Assembly (NCBI GenBank): GCA_002633005.1
Contig: NMRA01000771.1
Coordinates: 1 to 64,000, forward strand
Reading direction: 5' to 3'
Origin: Phoronis australis
Lineage: Eukaryota; Animalia; Phoronida
DNA: 64,000 nucleotides
Under the pieces are notes generated by a model, which was not told the DNA's origin, made no database searches, and saw only the letters and a program-made list of their open reading frames with translations. Each line of letters starts with the position of its first letter. Position 1 is the stretch's first letter. Below, piece after piece: positions 23,683 through 35,400 of this stretch. A program made the translations under genes and the position numbers.

Positions 23683-25901
23683 TAGTGAGTAAAAGATGTA
23701 ATATTCTACTAGATAAGTGAAAATACTTCAGTGCACACTGAAGGCAACTACAACCAGAAAACAAGAAGGTATGGGACAATACAGGACGGGGTGGCGCTGG
23801 GTAATCCTGAGACCACCCTACAACTCTGAAAACAAAGTAGAGGATGGGATGGGATTGCTGTTCCACATTTTTGTGTCTAAAAGATTCCTGTGATGACAGA
23901 CTAGTAGCTTGATAAAGCCAGTCACAGCTTGATGAGGTGAATTTCCACATTAATGATTGGCCTACAACAGAACTGCAGAGTGACAGCTCGTAGCTAAGTG
24001 TGGACACCCTGCCAGAAGTGTTGCTGCAACTTCACAGGCCTGTCCACAGAATTGTCTGCAATGTAACTGCAGCTCTCTTCAACTATGCGTTGCAGACAAA
24101 TGGCTACATGTGAGCAGGCTTTTAGGAGTTTGTAATACATATTTACGCACAAAAATATTTACTGAATTCCGTAACAGATTAGGGGTAAGTCATGAATATC
24201 ATCTAAACCACTTGTACATCAAAAGAATCAAATGCGTACCAAATCTCAAACCTAAATGCATTCATAAATAAGACAACAAAAGGGGGACAAGAAGCAAGCT
24301 ACAACAGCTACAATGTCATATGACTTCATGGGCTTCTTTGATTCGCGAACCATTCTGATCCCACAGTAAGTCCCCGGAAATATACAGAATTCTTGATGAT
24401 GGTCTGCAACCATCTACCCTGAAACATCAAAATGTCCTCAAATCCCACAAACATATTCAGAGGACTGGATTTTCAGTTCCATACCGTCCTCTGTGTTTGC
24501 ACCCACTTTTACGCTTACAACACGCTAAACCCACGCCAGACAAAAAATAATGGAAATAAATTGTTTAAACACAAATACATGACAGACTGTATGTGCGCAA
24601 ATCAAAGTAAATTAAATACTGGAATTTCATCATGCCTTGAACACTTGAGAATTTTCCTTTAGAATAATCACCGTGCAGGTTAGATTATGAGTTGAATGAG
24701 TACATCTGGTGGATGGAAAACGTTTCTTCATATCAGAAATTCTTGGAATTAATATTTCAATCAAATTCAACATGAAGAACAAATAACAACTTTGCCTCTT
24801 TCAAAAGCTGGTCACTTTCAAATACAAGGTATAAATCATAAACATTAAATGTGTGTTAAATTAGCCGCCACAGAAAACTTTTCTTTGGGCCATTAATCAA
24901 AAAAGTGACCTCAATTCACTTGTTCCTGAGAGTAGATGATCCCTTGAACTTGGGAAGAACTGAAACTTTGTTATTGTTTGAGACTATGCTTAGCTGATAG
25001 AATGGACATTACAGTAGGTACAAGTCTCAATTGTTGAGCTTGGTCTTCCGGAATTACCAATTGTGAGTTCTTCTAATGCTCAGAAATCAATTCTCATCTG
25101 AGTAAAAAACATGTTGCACAACCATAAATAACCTAAAGCAAAAGGTATTTCTTATGACAGAAGGCAGGTTGATGTCATCTTTCAAATAATGGCATTGATA
25201 GAGAAGGCACTTCTTTGGAACAAACTAAAAAATGCAAGCATTAGTTAGAGAAAGCATTGTATATTTGTCGTGAGGCACAGTGTGCAAGAGACTAATACAT
25301 GTTCTCATTATGCTTTAGCCTTTGGTTAGTCGCCCAGAAATCCAGGAAATCATGCAGAGCAATTGTAGATAGCATTCGCAACAACAGCTTTACAAAACAT
25401 TCTTCAACTCACAGTGAGTTTATCACTGGTTAGTTCTATCTTTTGAAGCACCAAGTCAGCAGGAGCTAAACGTGTGGCATGCATGTTTTATAACTGTTGC
25501 GAGTGATAATCAGCTAGCATGGCCAAGAAAAATGCAGAGCTGGAAATGGATTTCAGACTGAACGTTCAGGTCAACAGTTGGAGGTTAAAGGCAAACAAAA
25601 TCTGAAAATGAAGTGAACAGCACCAACACTACAGCAAGCGGGAATCATGTGACCCAGAACACACAGTGACATCTCTAAAATGAATGATATGAAGTGCTCA
25701 TTCCACACACATAATACACTTTTTTAACTGGTGAGCATTTGTTCAGATTACACCTTGAAGCATTATTATAAAAAATATTGAAGCTAGGTGTAAAAACTAT
25801 ATTAACACAGATCACAAACATGGTTAACATTGCGGTAATTTTGACATAAGTCACATGATTCCTGACCTAGACGCCAAACATGTCTACATTGTAAATCTAC
25901 C

Positions 25902-26104
25902 CTAGTAATCTTCTTGGTAGTTGGGCTCTGTGGCTGTGAAGTACTCGTCAAAGAAATTGAATAAGTATTCGAAGGTGGGCCTGTTGTCTGCGGTCTTGTC
26001 CCAGCACTTGAGCATGATCTCATACATGGGTTCCGGGCAGCTACTGGACCGCTGCATACGATAACCACGGTCAATTTGAGCAAGCACTTCTTGATTTGTC
26101 ATTC
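25902..26104 (-). CDS. Src-family kinase alternative last exon 10a (proximal): GMTNQEVLAQIDRGYR...FFDEYFTATEPNYQEDY*
   Basis: Acceptor ctctgtgttttgaag|GA (AAG type, weaker). Phase 1. CW and RPTF motifs and a Src-like TATEPxY tail. Confidence 0.9.
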
Positions 26105-27258
26105 CTTCAAAACACAGAGTCCAGTCACATCAGTAACAAATCAACAGGAAGAAGCAATGGTGGCCAGTCATATGACAGTGATGACCCATGTGGCACACTA
26201 ATGCTAACTGCAAAGAATTCCAGTTGGATTTACCTTTTAACAGAAAGTCAAAACCAACGCATGCGCCTCCAAGGGGATTGACGACTTGAACCCAACATAA
26301 TTATCTAACTCAGCATCAAGGGATCATCATCAAGGCAATCGTCTGACCACTAAGCTAGCTGATAGCTGCTACCTGTTTACTCATACCTATGGTAAACTGA
26401 GCTTCTGACTGCTCAAAATGTTACACAAATAAAATGAAGCTATTTCTACAACTTGTAGGATATACGTCTACTAGCAACGCTGCAATGAATAACTGGCATC
26501 CCAAAAATCCAGTTTGCTGGACATAATTAGCTTACTTCAAGATTTTTACATTCAGGTAAGAAAGACATAAAGTCCCTCTAATTGCTTTTAAAATATGTTA
26601 TCGACAGTGCTACAGAAATGAATGAGATGATTAACTTCAAACACTACTTGGAATAGTCAGAAGTTTACATGGCCTCACTCATCACTATTTTTACAGCGCT
26701 TAAGCAAAAATGCATAATCAAAACATCTTCAAAAAGTACAAGGGAGGAACAAGATGACCACTTTTAACAGAAATTCAAACACAAGTGAACTCCTAGAAAA
26801 ATTGCGTATTCACCACTTTTAAAATGTTTTCAAGACAGTGCAAAGTATAAGTGTTTTGTTAAAGTGCACCAAGGACTTTCACAAAGCATATCATATGAAC
26901 AAGAGTTTCTGAACCTAAGAGCAAGAATCAAAGATACAAACAGAAACATATACCTAGGTTTAGCATTGCAGAAAGGTAGTGTAGCAGTCTCATGCAAACA
27001 TACAGCATTATTCGTGAGATAAGATCAGTAAATGCACAATTCAGGGCACTTTAATTCAGAGCACCTTAATTCCAATCGCCTAGGGTACTGAGACCTAGCT
27101 ACTTACTGGTCATGGAAGCATTTCGTTTCGTAATAAATAATGCCAAAGCAAACATTTTCTACTGAGGTCAGACAGTGAAAACTAGCCAAGAGCAGCATCA
27201 TTTTTAAATATCTTAAAATGCAATTGGGGTGACAATGTTGTAGTTAGACTCATGTTCA

Positions 27259-27408
<150 letters not shown>

Positions 27409-28031
27409 TCAAACAAGCAAATGTGAAATTTAATTCTCTTTGACTGTCACTGCCAACAGAAATTTAAAAAGCACTTTAAAAGTTCCATAAATTTAGTTGT
27501 GTTTTTTTTAGAACATTTGGTAATGTGTTGAAAACACCATTTGCTTTAAAAGTTCCTGAAATACAATAATATACATTTTTAATGTAATTTAATTTAAGAA
27601 TAAAGTCTATATCAGAAATCACATCTTTGTTATTCTTTCACATTTTTGTAAAAAAGAGTTTTTCCAAGGTTAATTCCTATTGGCTAATGCACGTCTGACA
27701 TCACTGAGGCTGTATCGTGGGTGAAAGAAATGAGATAAATTAAGCTTATTATGTGTGTAGCTCATTGGGTAAATGCCTCTCGGCTCAGAACTATGCTTAA
27801 TGTGTAAAACACGTTTGCGATCTGGACTCTCGTTGACTATTAGTGGAACGATGTCGTTCTTGGCATCAGGCCAGGAAAGGGCCCCGACTGCATAGCCTTG
27901 CCTTGGTGCAAGCTGTATACTAAATATACAGCCGTTGAACCGACATGGGTAAAAACTGATCAAATAAAACCTGACAGAAAATTAGTAGATGTAAAAAGTC
28001 ACTTACTTAGAGACATGGTTGGTTGTTGGCA

Positions 28032-28065
28032 GATGTTTCGACCTGGTCTGCCAGGTCTTTGTCAA
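28032..28065 (-). ncRNA. Minimal hammerhead-ribozyme-like motif (U3-A8 variant) in the pLTR
   Basis: UUGACAA-A-GACCUGG-CAGA-CCAGGUC-GAAAC-AUC: a perfect 7-bp stem II followed by GAAA. Stem I is weak. Confidence 0.5.
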
Positions 28066-28298
28066 TGAATGAGGGATTTCCTGCCTTTCGTTCGTTAAGA
28101 ATGCTGGAGTACATGGGGGTAAGTGGAGTCCTCTGTCCCGGTTCAGGAGGGGGCGCTGACTGTTGATGTTTATGGCCTCTTTGAGCTTACGAGTATGCCA
28201 ATTTTGTTCCTTGGCTAGGATCCTGGATGACCCAAGAGAGATGGTGTGCCCAGTCACAAAAATATGTTCCCCCACAAAGGCGGGAAATCCCTCATTCA

Positions 28299-28332
28299 TC
28301 GACAAAGATCTGGCGGACCAGGTCGAAACGTC
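28299..28332 (+). ncRNA. Second hammerhead-like motif in the inverted pLTR
   Basis: UCGACAA-A-GAUCUGG-CGGA-CCAGGUC-GAAACGUC. Palindromic ACGU at stem III and a U4C change in the core. Confidence 0.45.
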
Positions 28333-29633
28333 TGCTAACAACCAACCACGTCTCTAAGTAAGTGACTTTTTACATCTACAATGCCTCTAGAGACCAATGA
28401 CGAACCTATTCTCCAGAACAAAATTANGCGTGGTCGCGGTATAACTTGCGCGAAAAAACCTTCCAAAGGAAAAACACGTCTTCCTCCAGAAGATAAGTCC
28501 GTGGAATGGTTCGCTTTGCGCATGTCCGTATCTCATGGTAGTACTCGGGGGAATTCTGGGAGGAATAAAATTAGTGACATTAAAAACTACACTCTTCCTA
28601 GAGTAAACTAAATTATTTACCGCTATTGAAAAAATTGGCAATCTGGCATTCTGCCGTTCACTCTGCTGCTAAAATTTGGGTGAGCTCTTTCAGGTCGGCA
28701 TTCGGCGCAGTGACCTGTTGCCTTATTAGCCAGTTTCGTTCCCCGAGTTGTTTTTCTTCCAAGTATAAGAAGTGATCGAACTAGTCTTCCAAGTTGCGTA
28801 CATGTCACAACAAATTATTAGAGCTGACTTCACTTCAAGTTTTTAGTATTTTAATACCAGGAAACCAAATTTCAGAACAAATTTTGCTCCTGCGAAGCCG
28901 TCATCATCTCCCGACAGATGTCGCAAAATTTTAGGAAATAGCGCGTGTTGAGCGTACGGTTTTCTTTGTTACAAAAGTATGAGAATTATGAGATAAAATA
29001 ACGTTTACTAGATTGTTTTTCACTTAAACGGCTCCAGCAGGCAAAGTGAGTGTCGGTTGACACCCAGCTATTTGCACGCTTCCCTGCTCGCTTATAGCTC
29101 TACACTGATGTTGATATAAGTTTCGCGAAGAGATGACAAGCAGAACTACCCGGGCTAAGTGAAATTTTAGAGTCTAACAGAGCTTAACACACAGTGCTAC
29201 TGGTACCTAGCTGTATTTTGATGATAGTCTGCATACAGCTAGCTGGTTGGCTACTGTCACAGGAAAGAAAAACGAAAAAGGTTGTGAGTATGCACATGTT
29301 GATCTGTCGACTGGACTATGTACTCGCACGGCTAATGACCTATATCTCATTGTGCTGTACAGCCTCAGTGACACCACAAAAACAGCGCTTGCAGTGGGGC
29401 TTTACTGAACTAATAAATTTTTACTTTTCAAAGTAAAGAAGAAAAATACTGTGCACTATTTAAGAATAGTATGTGGATGCCAGTAACCAACCTTTATACT
29501 TTCAAAATTCATATTAAAATGCTGAAACATGCAGTTCAGGCCTCTGTTAAGGTTAAAATCTTTTTATGATTTTTTTAACAACATAAAAGAAGCAGAAAGA
29601 GTGTCTTTAAACAAAGTCAGTTAGTTCACACTA

Positions 29634-29804
<171 letters not shown>

Positions 29805-30006
29805 CTAAAGCAAAATAAAAAGGCAAACTTTGTTAAACAAACTAGATTTATTTTACAAAGCATACATTTCAAGCTGGTAAATGAGCATTTAGTCTTACTA
29901 ACTGAAATTAACTTTAAAAAACTTGTCTGAAAACATTGCTTTGATGATCCAAAAGGCAGAAAAGCTTCTAAGTAAATACAAAATGATGCAGCTGACAAAA
30001 AATAAA

Positions 30007-32075
30007 AACGAGAGCGCTCGGAGGAGCGACACTTGGCGAAATTAACCGAAAAGACGACGATGGGGAGGACGACGACGATTATGATGATGAAAGCGGCGAT
30101 TATGAACAACACGATAATGTTCATGTGAGTAGCGAAGAAAGCAGTAAGAAATAGGCTGCAATCTTGTTCACGCACCCGGTTGCTCGGACGGCAGACGAGA
30201 GAGGTTGATAGCAAATGACAGCCACCGGTTTGCATCAAAAGTAAATAAAAACTTGGCTTTTCTCATTCAAAACACAAGTAAATCAGTTTCCTGGCATCTG
30301 CTTTCAACAAATTCCTCGAACAACAAGTCAAACTTGAAATACGCCCTGTATATGAATTGTAGGCACTAGAAAATGCCCCGTGGCCGCGACCTTACTGTTT
30401 AGTGCTACCTACAATCTTGAGCGACACTAGGCGAAATTAACGACGATCATGATTGTGATGATGAAGATGGCGATTATGAGCACCACTATAACACTCATGT
30501 GACTAGAGAAGATGTGAGAAATCAGTAAATAGGGTACAGTCTTGAGCGACATTTGGCGAACAGCAAAATCGGTCAACAAAGGAACAGCGTTTTCAGAAAC
30601 TCGAATAATTCGAAAGTATACGTCCTAGCGACAAATTGAAAATATCTTCTGAAAGTCCGTTCAAAACTCTATGTAACATGGCAGTTTTGCAATATTCCAT
30701 GAATTTTTCGAAAAAAATGAAATTTTGCGTTTTTTTTAAATTCAAAGTCAAATAACTCGAAAACGATAAGTCTGACAAAAACGTTACCTCGCAACTTTTG
30801 AAAGAGCATACTTCAAGGAGTCCACATGCAAAAATTCACATCATTTGCTCTTCCCGTTCAAAATGCGACTGCAGAACAATCGAAAATGGGTGAAAATGCG
30901 CCAGGCCGCCATCTTGAAAGTGACTTCCGGTTTAACAAAGTTTTATAAAAGCTGATCAAAAGCAACAAACACATGACCAGTTTGAAAATGATTGGTTTGC
31001 CAATGCGCCCTATACAGGAGAAAACGTTTTCGGGCAGTTATCGAGGTGCGCATGCTCCATTGCCGATATTTCCGCAATCGTTGACCGGAAGTTAAAGATT
31101 TACGGCACACTTGTAGTGCTTGTGTGCTATAATAATCATACCAATTTTCAGCCCTGCACGTCACAAAATGCGGCCTCTATGAGCAATGTCTCCATGGTCT
31201 TGTTCAACAGAAGCTAAACCAACATCAGTGCAGCAAGAGCTGTCAACAAAGGAACAGCGCTATCAGAAAAACTCGAATAATTCAAAAAGAGACGTCGTAG
31301 TGAAAAATGGAAAATATTGTCCAAAACTCTTATCTAAATTGATAGATTCGCAACATTTCATAAATTTTTTGAAAAAATTGAAATTTTGCGTTTTTTGAAA
31401 TTCAAAGTCAAATAACTCGAAAACGGTAAGTCTAAAAAATGTTACCGCAGAACTTTTGAAAGAGCATACTTCAAGGAATCCATATGCAAAAATTCACGTC
31501 ATTTGCTCTTCCCGTTAAAAATGCAACAGCAGAACGATTGAAAATGGGTGAAAATGCGCCAGAGCCGCCATCTTGAAAGTTACTTCCGGTTAAACAAAAG
31601 CTTATAAAAGCTGATCAATAGCAACAAACACGTGACCAGTTTGAAAATGATTGGTTCGCCAATGCGCCCTCTACAGGAGAAAACGTTTTCGGCCAGATAT
31701 CGAGGTGCGTATGCGCCATTGTCAATATTTCCGCCATCTTTGACCGGAAGTCAACATTTTACCACACAGTTGTAGTACATGTATTCTAAAATAATCGTAC
31801 CAACTTTCAGCCTTGTACGTCAAAAAATGCGGCCTCTATGAGCATTTGAATCTGAAACCGGAAATGAAATGGCCACCACGTCCGCCATTTTGAATCCGAT
31901 CATGACTAAAAACAATAGGCTTCCAAGACTTTCTGAACTACACGTCATGTGCAAATGTCATGCGGATCGGACGAAAATTGCGACCTGTAGAGAGAGAAGA
32001 AACAAAACAAAAAACAAAAAAACTTGATGTCAGACTAACATACTTGGCGGAATTCCCAGAATTCCACCAAGTAAT
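30007..32075. mobile_element. HINE/DINE-1-like element, family B, with two tandem 670-bp internal units
   Basis: Starts AACGAGAGCGCTCGGAGGAGCG (stem-loop) with sub-TIR ACTTGGCGAA, repeated near 30420 and 30545. Units start at 30572 and 31242. Ends in the hairpin ACTTGGCGGAATT...AATTCCACCAAGT. Confidence 0.7.
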
Positions 32076-32454
32076 TAGGAGTGATGTCACAAACTGAACT
32101 CCACTGAACTGATCCCAAAAGTGTAATGTATACCATCCATTCCACCAAATTCATCCCCTAATGGAAGTGTGAACCAAAGATAACAACTGGGTAACAACCC
32201 AATCCTACAACTGTTTCCAGAGGAAGAAAACCATTTGGTAGTAAAACGTGATGAACATGCTGCAATGATCATTAGAAGACATTCACACGATCATGTGGTT
32301 TGATCCACTGCACTGCACAGGACTGAATGACATCAATCACAACAAAAGTCGAATGCTTTCATTTTTATTTTGTGAGTTTTATGAAGTTCATTGCTTATTG
32401 AGCGGATAAAAGATGCACGTCTCAGCAGTCATTTCCCTAGTCTAGACCCCCAAT

Positions 32455-35400
32455 AGTGAGATCTTCAATACTTCATTTTTTGTTTTCTTCAGTGCATTTG
32501 AGTGTTGAAACTCATATTTTTCACCTTCTATTGTCTGTTACTAATTGGTCATATTTCCTCTGTACATATCTTTAGGTCAATCATTATCACCTGACTACGT
32601 ATTACGTCTTCAAATACATATGTGTTTTGTATTCACTTGCAACAGAACTAACTGGTTTCCCAAGATTGAATTTATATGTTGCGCTTTTCAACTAAGTTGC
32701 TATTTATTTACCTGTAAGCGAGCCTATGATATAATTTTGTTGTTTAAAAATGACTCCCCTAATTGTCCAGACTACCTTATTCATTTAACAACTCTTGAAT
32801 TGTCAATAAGCATTGGTGTATTAATTGTTAAATACGGCTATCTTTTGAGTGCCTCGAGTAGAGTGAGTTTCTCTGCTCTTACAATGTTTTCCCCAGTATG
32901 GTCACAGTTCAATTCTTCTCATGGGCATCTAACGAGATATCACGCTATGCGGGTTCAGCTTACTGACGTGTCTTACTATTGTTTACATAACACCTGTATG
33001 GATAACGGAATTGTCATAGGCATGTACCTCCTTTTAGCTGGCGATGTTGAAGAAAAAACTGGGCCTGAAGACAACACTACCTTTAAAATCTTATTTTCAA
33101 ATATTAATAGCATTAAATTCAACAATTTCTCCAGATTCCAACTTCTAAAAAACTTTGTTCTGTCTTACAATTACATGATTGTCGCTCTTTGTGAAAATTA
33201 CAATCGTTACCAAAGACGACCTTGATAATGAACTAATCATTCCTGGTTACAGTGTAGCCTATCACAGTAACAGTGGCCGTGGCATAATCTTATTCACTAA
33301 AAACACACTCACATTTAAATTATGTCCTAGCTTAACTTGTCCTCAGTTATGCAACTGCTGGATCGAAATTTATTTCGGTCACAGAAAAATTTACTATGGG
33401 TTGTTTTATCGATCACCTTCTCAATCACCAACTTCCAAGCCCTAGCCAATCAGTTAGCGGAACTTAACCGCAATCGCGTTAGTATAATCATAAATGGTGA
33501 TTCCAATGCCCGAAACTCTACATGGTACAAGGATGATCATGACAATACGGCCAGACTAAAATTGTTTGATATCTTATTGTCTAATGACTGCATACAGCTA
33601 ATTAATGAGCCAACCCGCATCACCGACATTTCTCATTCATGTATTGATCTCTGCATAACAAACAATTTGAGTATCATTGACTCATGTTCTGTACTACCTC
33701 CTGTTGGCAATTCTGATCACCACACAATCGAAACCACTCTAACACCTAAAAACCGGTTAAAGAACAACACACCATACGAACCATTTGGAAACATGATCAA
33801 ACCGACACCGACAAATTATGTCAGGATATCACCTACACTGACTGGGATTCTATATTGGACACTGGCGACATTGATGACACTGTTTCACTCTTCACTAGTA
33901 CTCTCTACGAAATTTTAAAAAACAACATTCTATCAACTGAACAGATAATTAAACACAACAGAGCCAACCGTGGTTCAACAATAATGTTAAACGGGCAATC
34001 CGCACAAGAAATAGACTTTACAGCTCTTTCACAAGATCTAACAACTGTAATCTACAACAGATACAAGGAGCACTCACACCTGGTTGAAACTTTAGCAAAT
34101 CAAGCCAAATTAACAGTGCAAGCAAGAACTCCAAAGAATACTGGAACATCATCAATAAAATATGCGACAATCAACAACAATCCTCTTATCCAGTCATCAA
34201 CCACAATGGTAACGTAGCCTCAAGTATTAGTGACAAGTGTGACCTGTTTCTCAAAACTTTCACGAACAAAAGCCACATTACACCAACTGAAGTAAGTAAC
34301 TTTCCCTTTCTTCGTGAACGTTGTCTCAATCAACTGTCTGATATCCCAGCTAATCAAAGTGATGTCCGGAAGTATCTCAATGAAACTGACCCCAAAAAAA
34401 TGATGGCACAGCTTTAATCACCAGCAAGATGATCAAAATGATTGCCAACGAAATTACCATGCCCTTGACCAATCTGTTTAACAAACTTCTTCAGCTAGGT
34501 ATATATCCGTCTTATTGGAAACATGAAATTATGGTACATATACACAACAAATACTCCAAAACTGAAATTTCAAATTATCGCTGAGTAACTTTACTTAACA
34601 CCCTATCCATAATCTTCGAGAAGATCATTGCTCAAAGTATTCTAATTTATATCTCAAACAAAACAACTTGATCTACATAGGCGGATTTAGGGGGGGGGGC
34701 AGGAAGAGCGTGCGTTGAGAAATGTTGAGTTTATTAATTAACCCCGGTAATTAAAATTATATGGATGAAAGAAGATTTAAATGTGTGCAGTTTTAGTGTT
34801 GGGGGGGGGGGCTCAGATCCAATTTCAAGTGTCAAATCCGTAACATGGCGCAATCGTAACGGAACTATGGCTAAGTATAGGCTCTCTCGTTATATCCCAG
34901 GCAACCGGCAGTGACGCTGCACACTACGTCTGTTCCACTGTGCAATGAAGAAAATTAATTCATTTTTAAAGAAAATGGAACCTGAGTGACGATGAAAAAA
35001 CAGAAGCTGCTGGTAAGATGTGAATTTTAATCGAAGCTTTTAATTAGTGAATCACTCAGAAACTCATAATTCTCTCTATGACAAAGACTTTGTCAAACTG
35101 ACTTAAGACGATTTCCAAAGCAATCCCGTCATTATTGCCACCACGAAAAACGGATTTGGTCTTTTGGCCAATTGAAGATTATATAAAATACAACAAATTT
35201 GTTACGAACCGATTGCACAAAATATAAAACGTGTAATAAGCATTACAAAAAGAAGAAGGTTTCCGCGCAAACGCTGTGGACCATAAACAAGTAGGTCTCT
35301 TGGTATCATATTAGGAGTTAAATCGTGGTGGTGTAGTGGTAAAGCACGCGTGCTCTATCCGCCAGATCGAGGGTTTGAGTCTGTTGTATTTGCAGTTTTC

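Larger units (their letters stand above)
27985..28379 (-). mobile_element. Penelope-like element 3' fragment with inverted 104-bp pseudo-LTRs
   Basis: Arms 27985-28088 and 28276-28379 are reverse complements. The interior encodes a GIY-YIG C-terminus (EHIFVTGH...RKLKEAINI...LNRDRG). Confidence 0.85.

Noticed and set aside
24330-24420. Acceptor-like tttcag at about 24420 as a third terminal exon
   Set aside because: In phase 1 it hits TAG immediately and shows no kinase similarity.
35326-35392. tRNA gene
   Set aside because: A- and B-box-like motifs are present, but there is no convincing cloverleaf or acceptor stem, and it lies inside a transposon.
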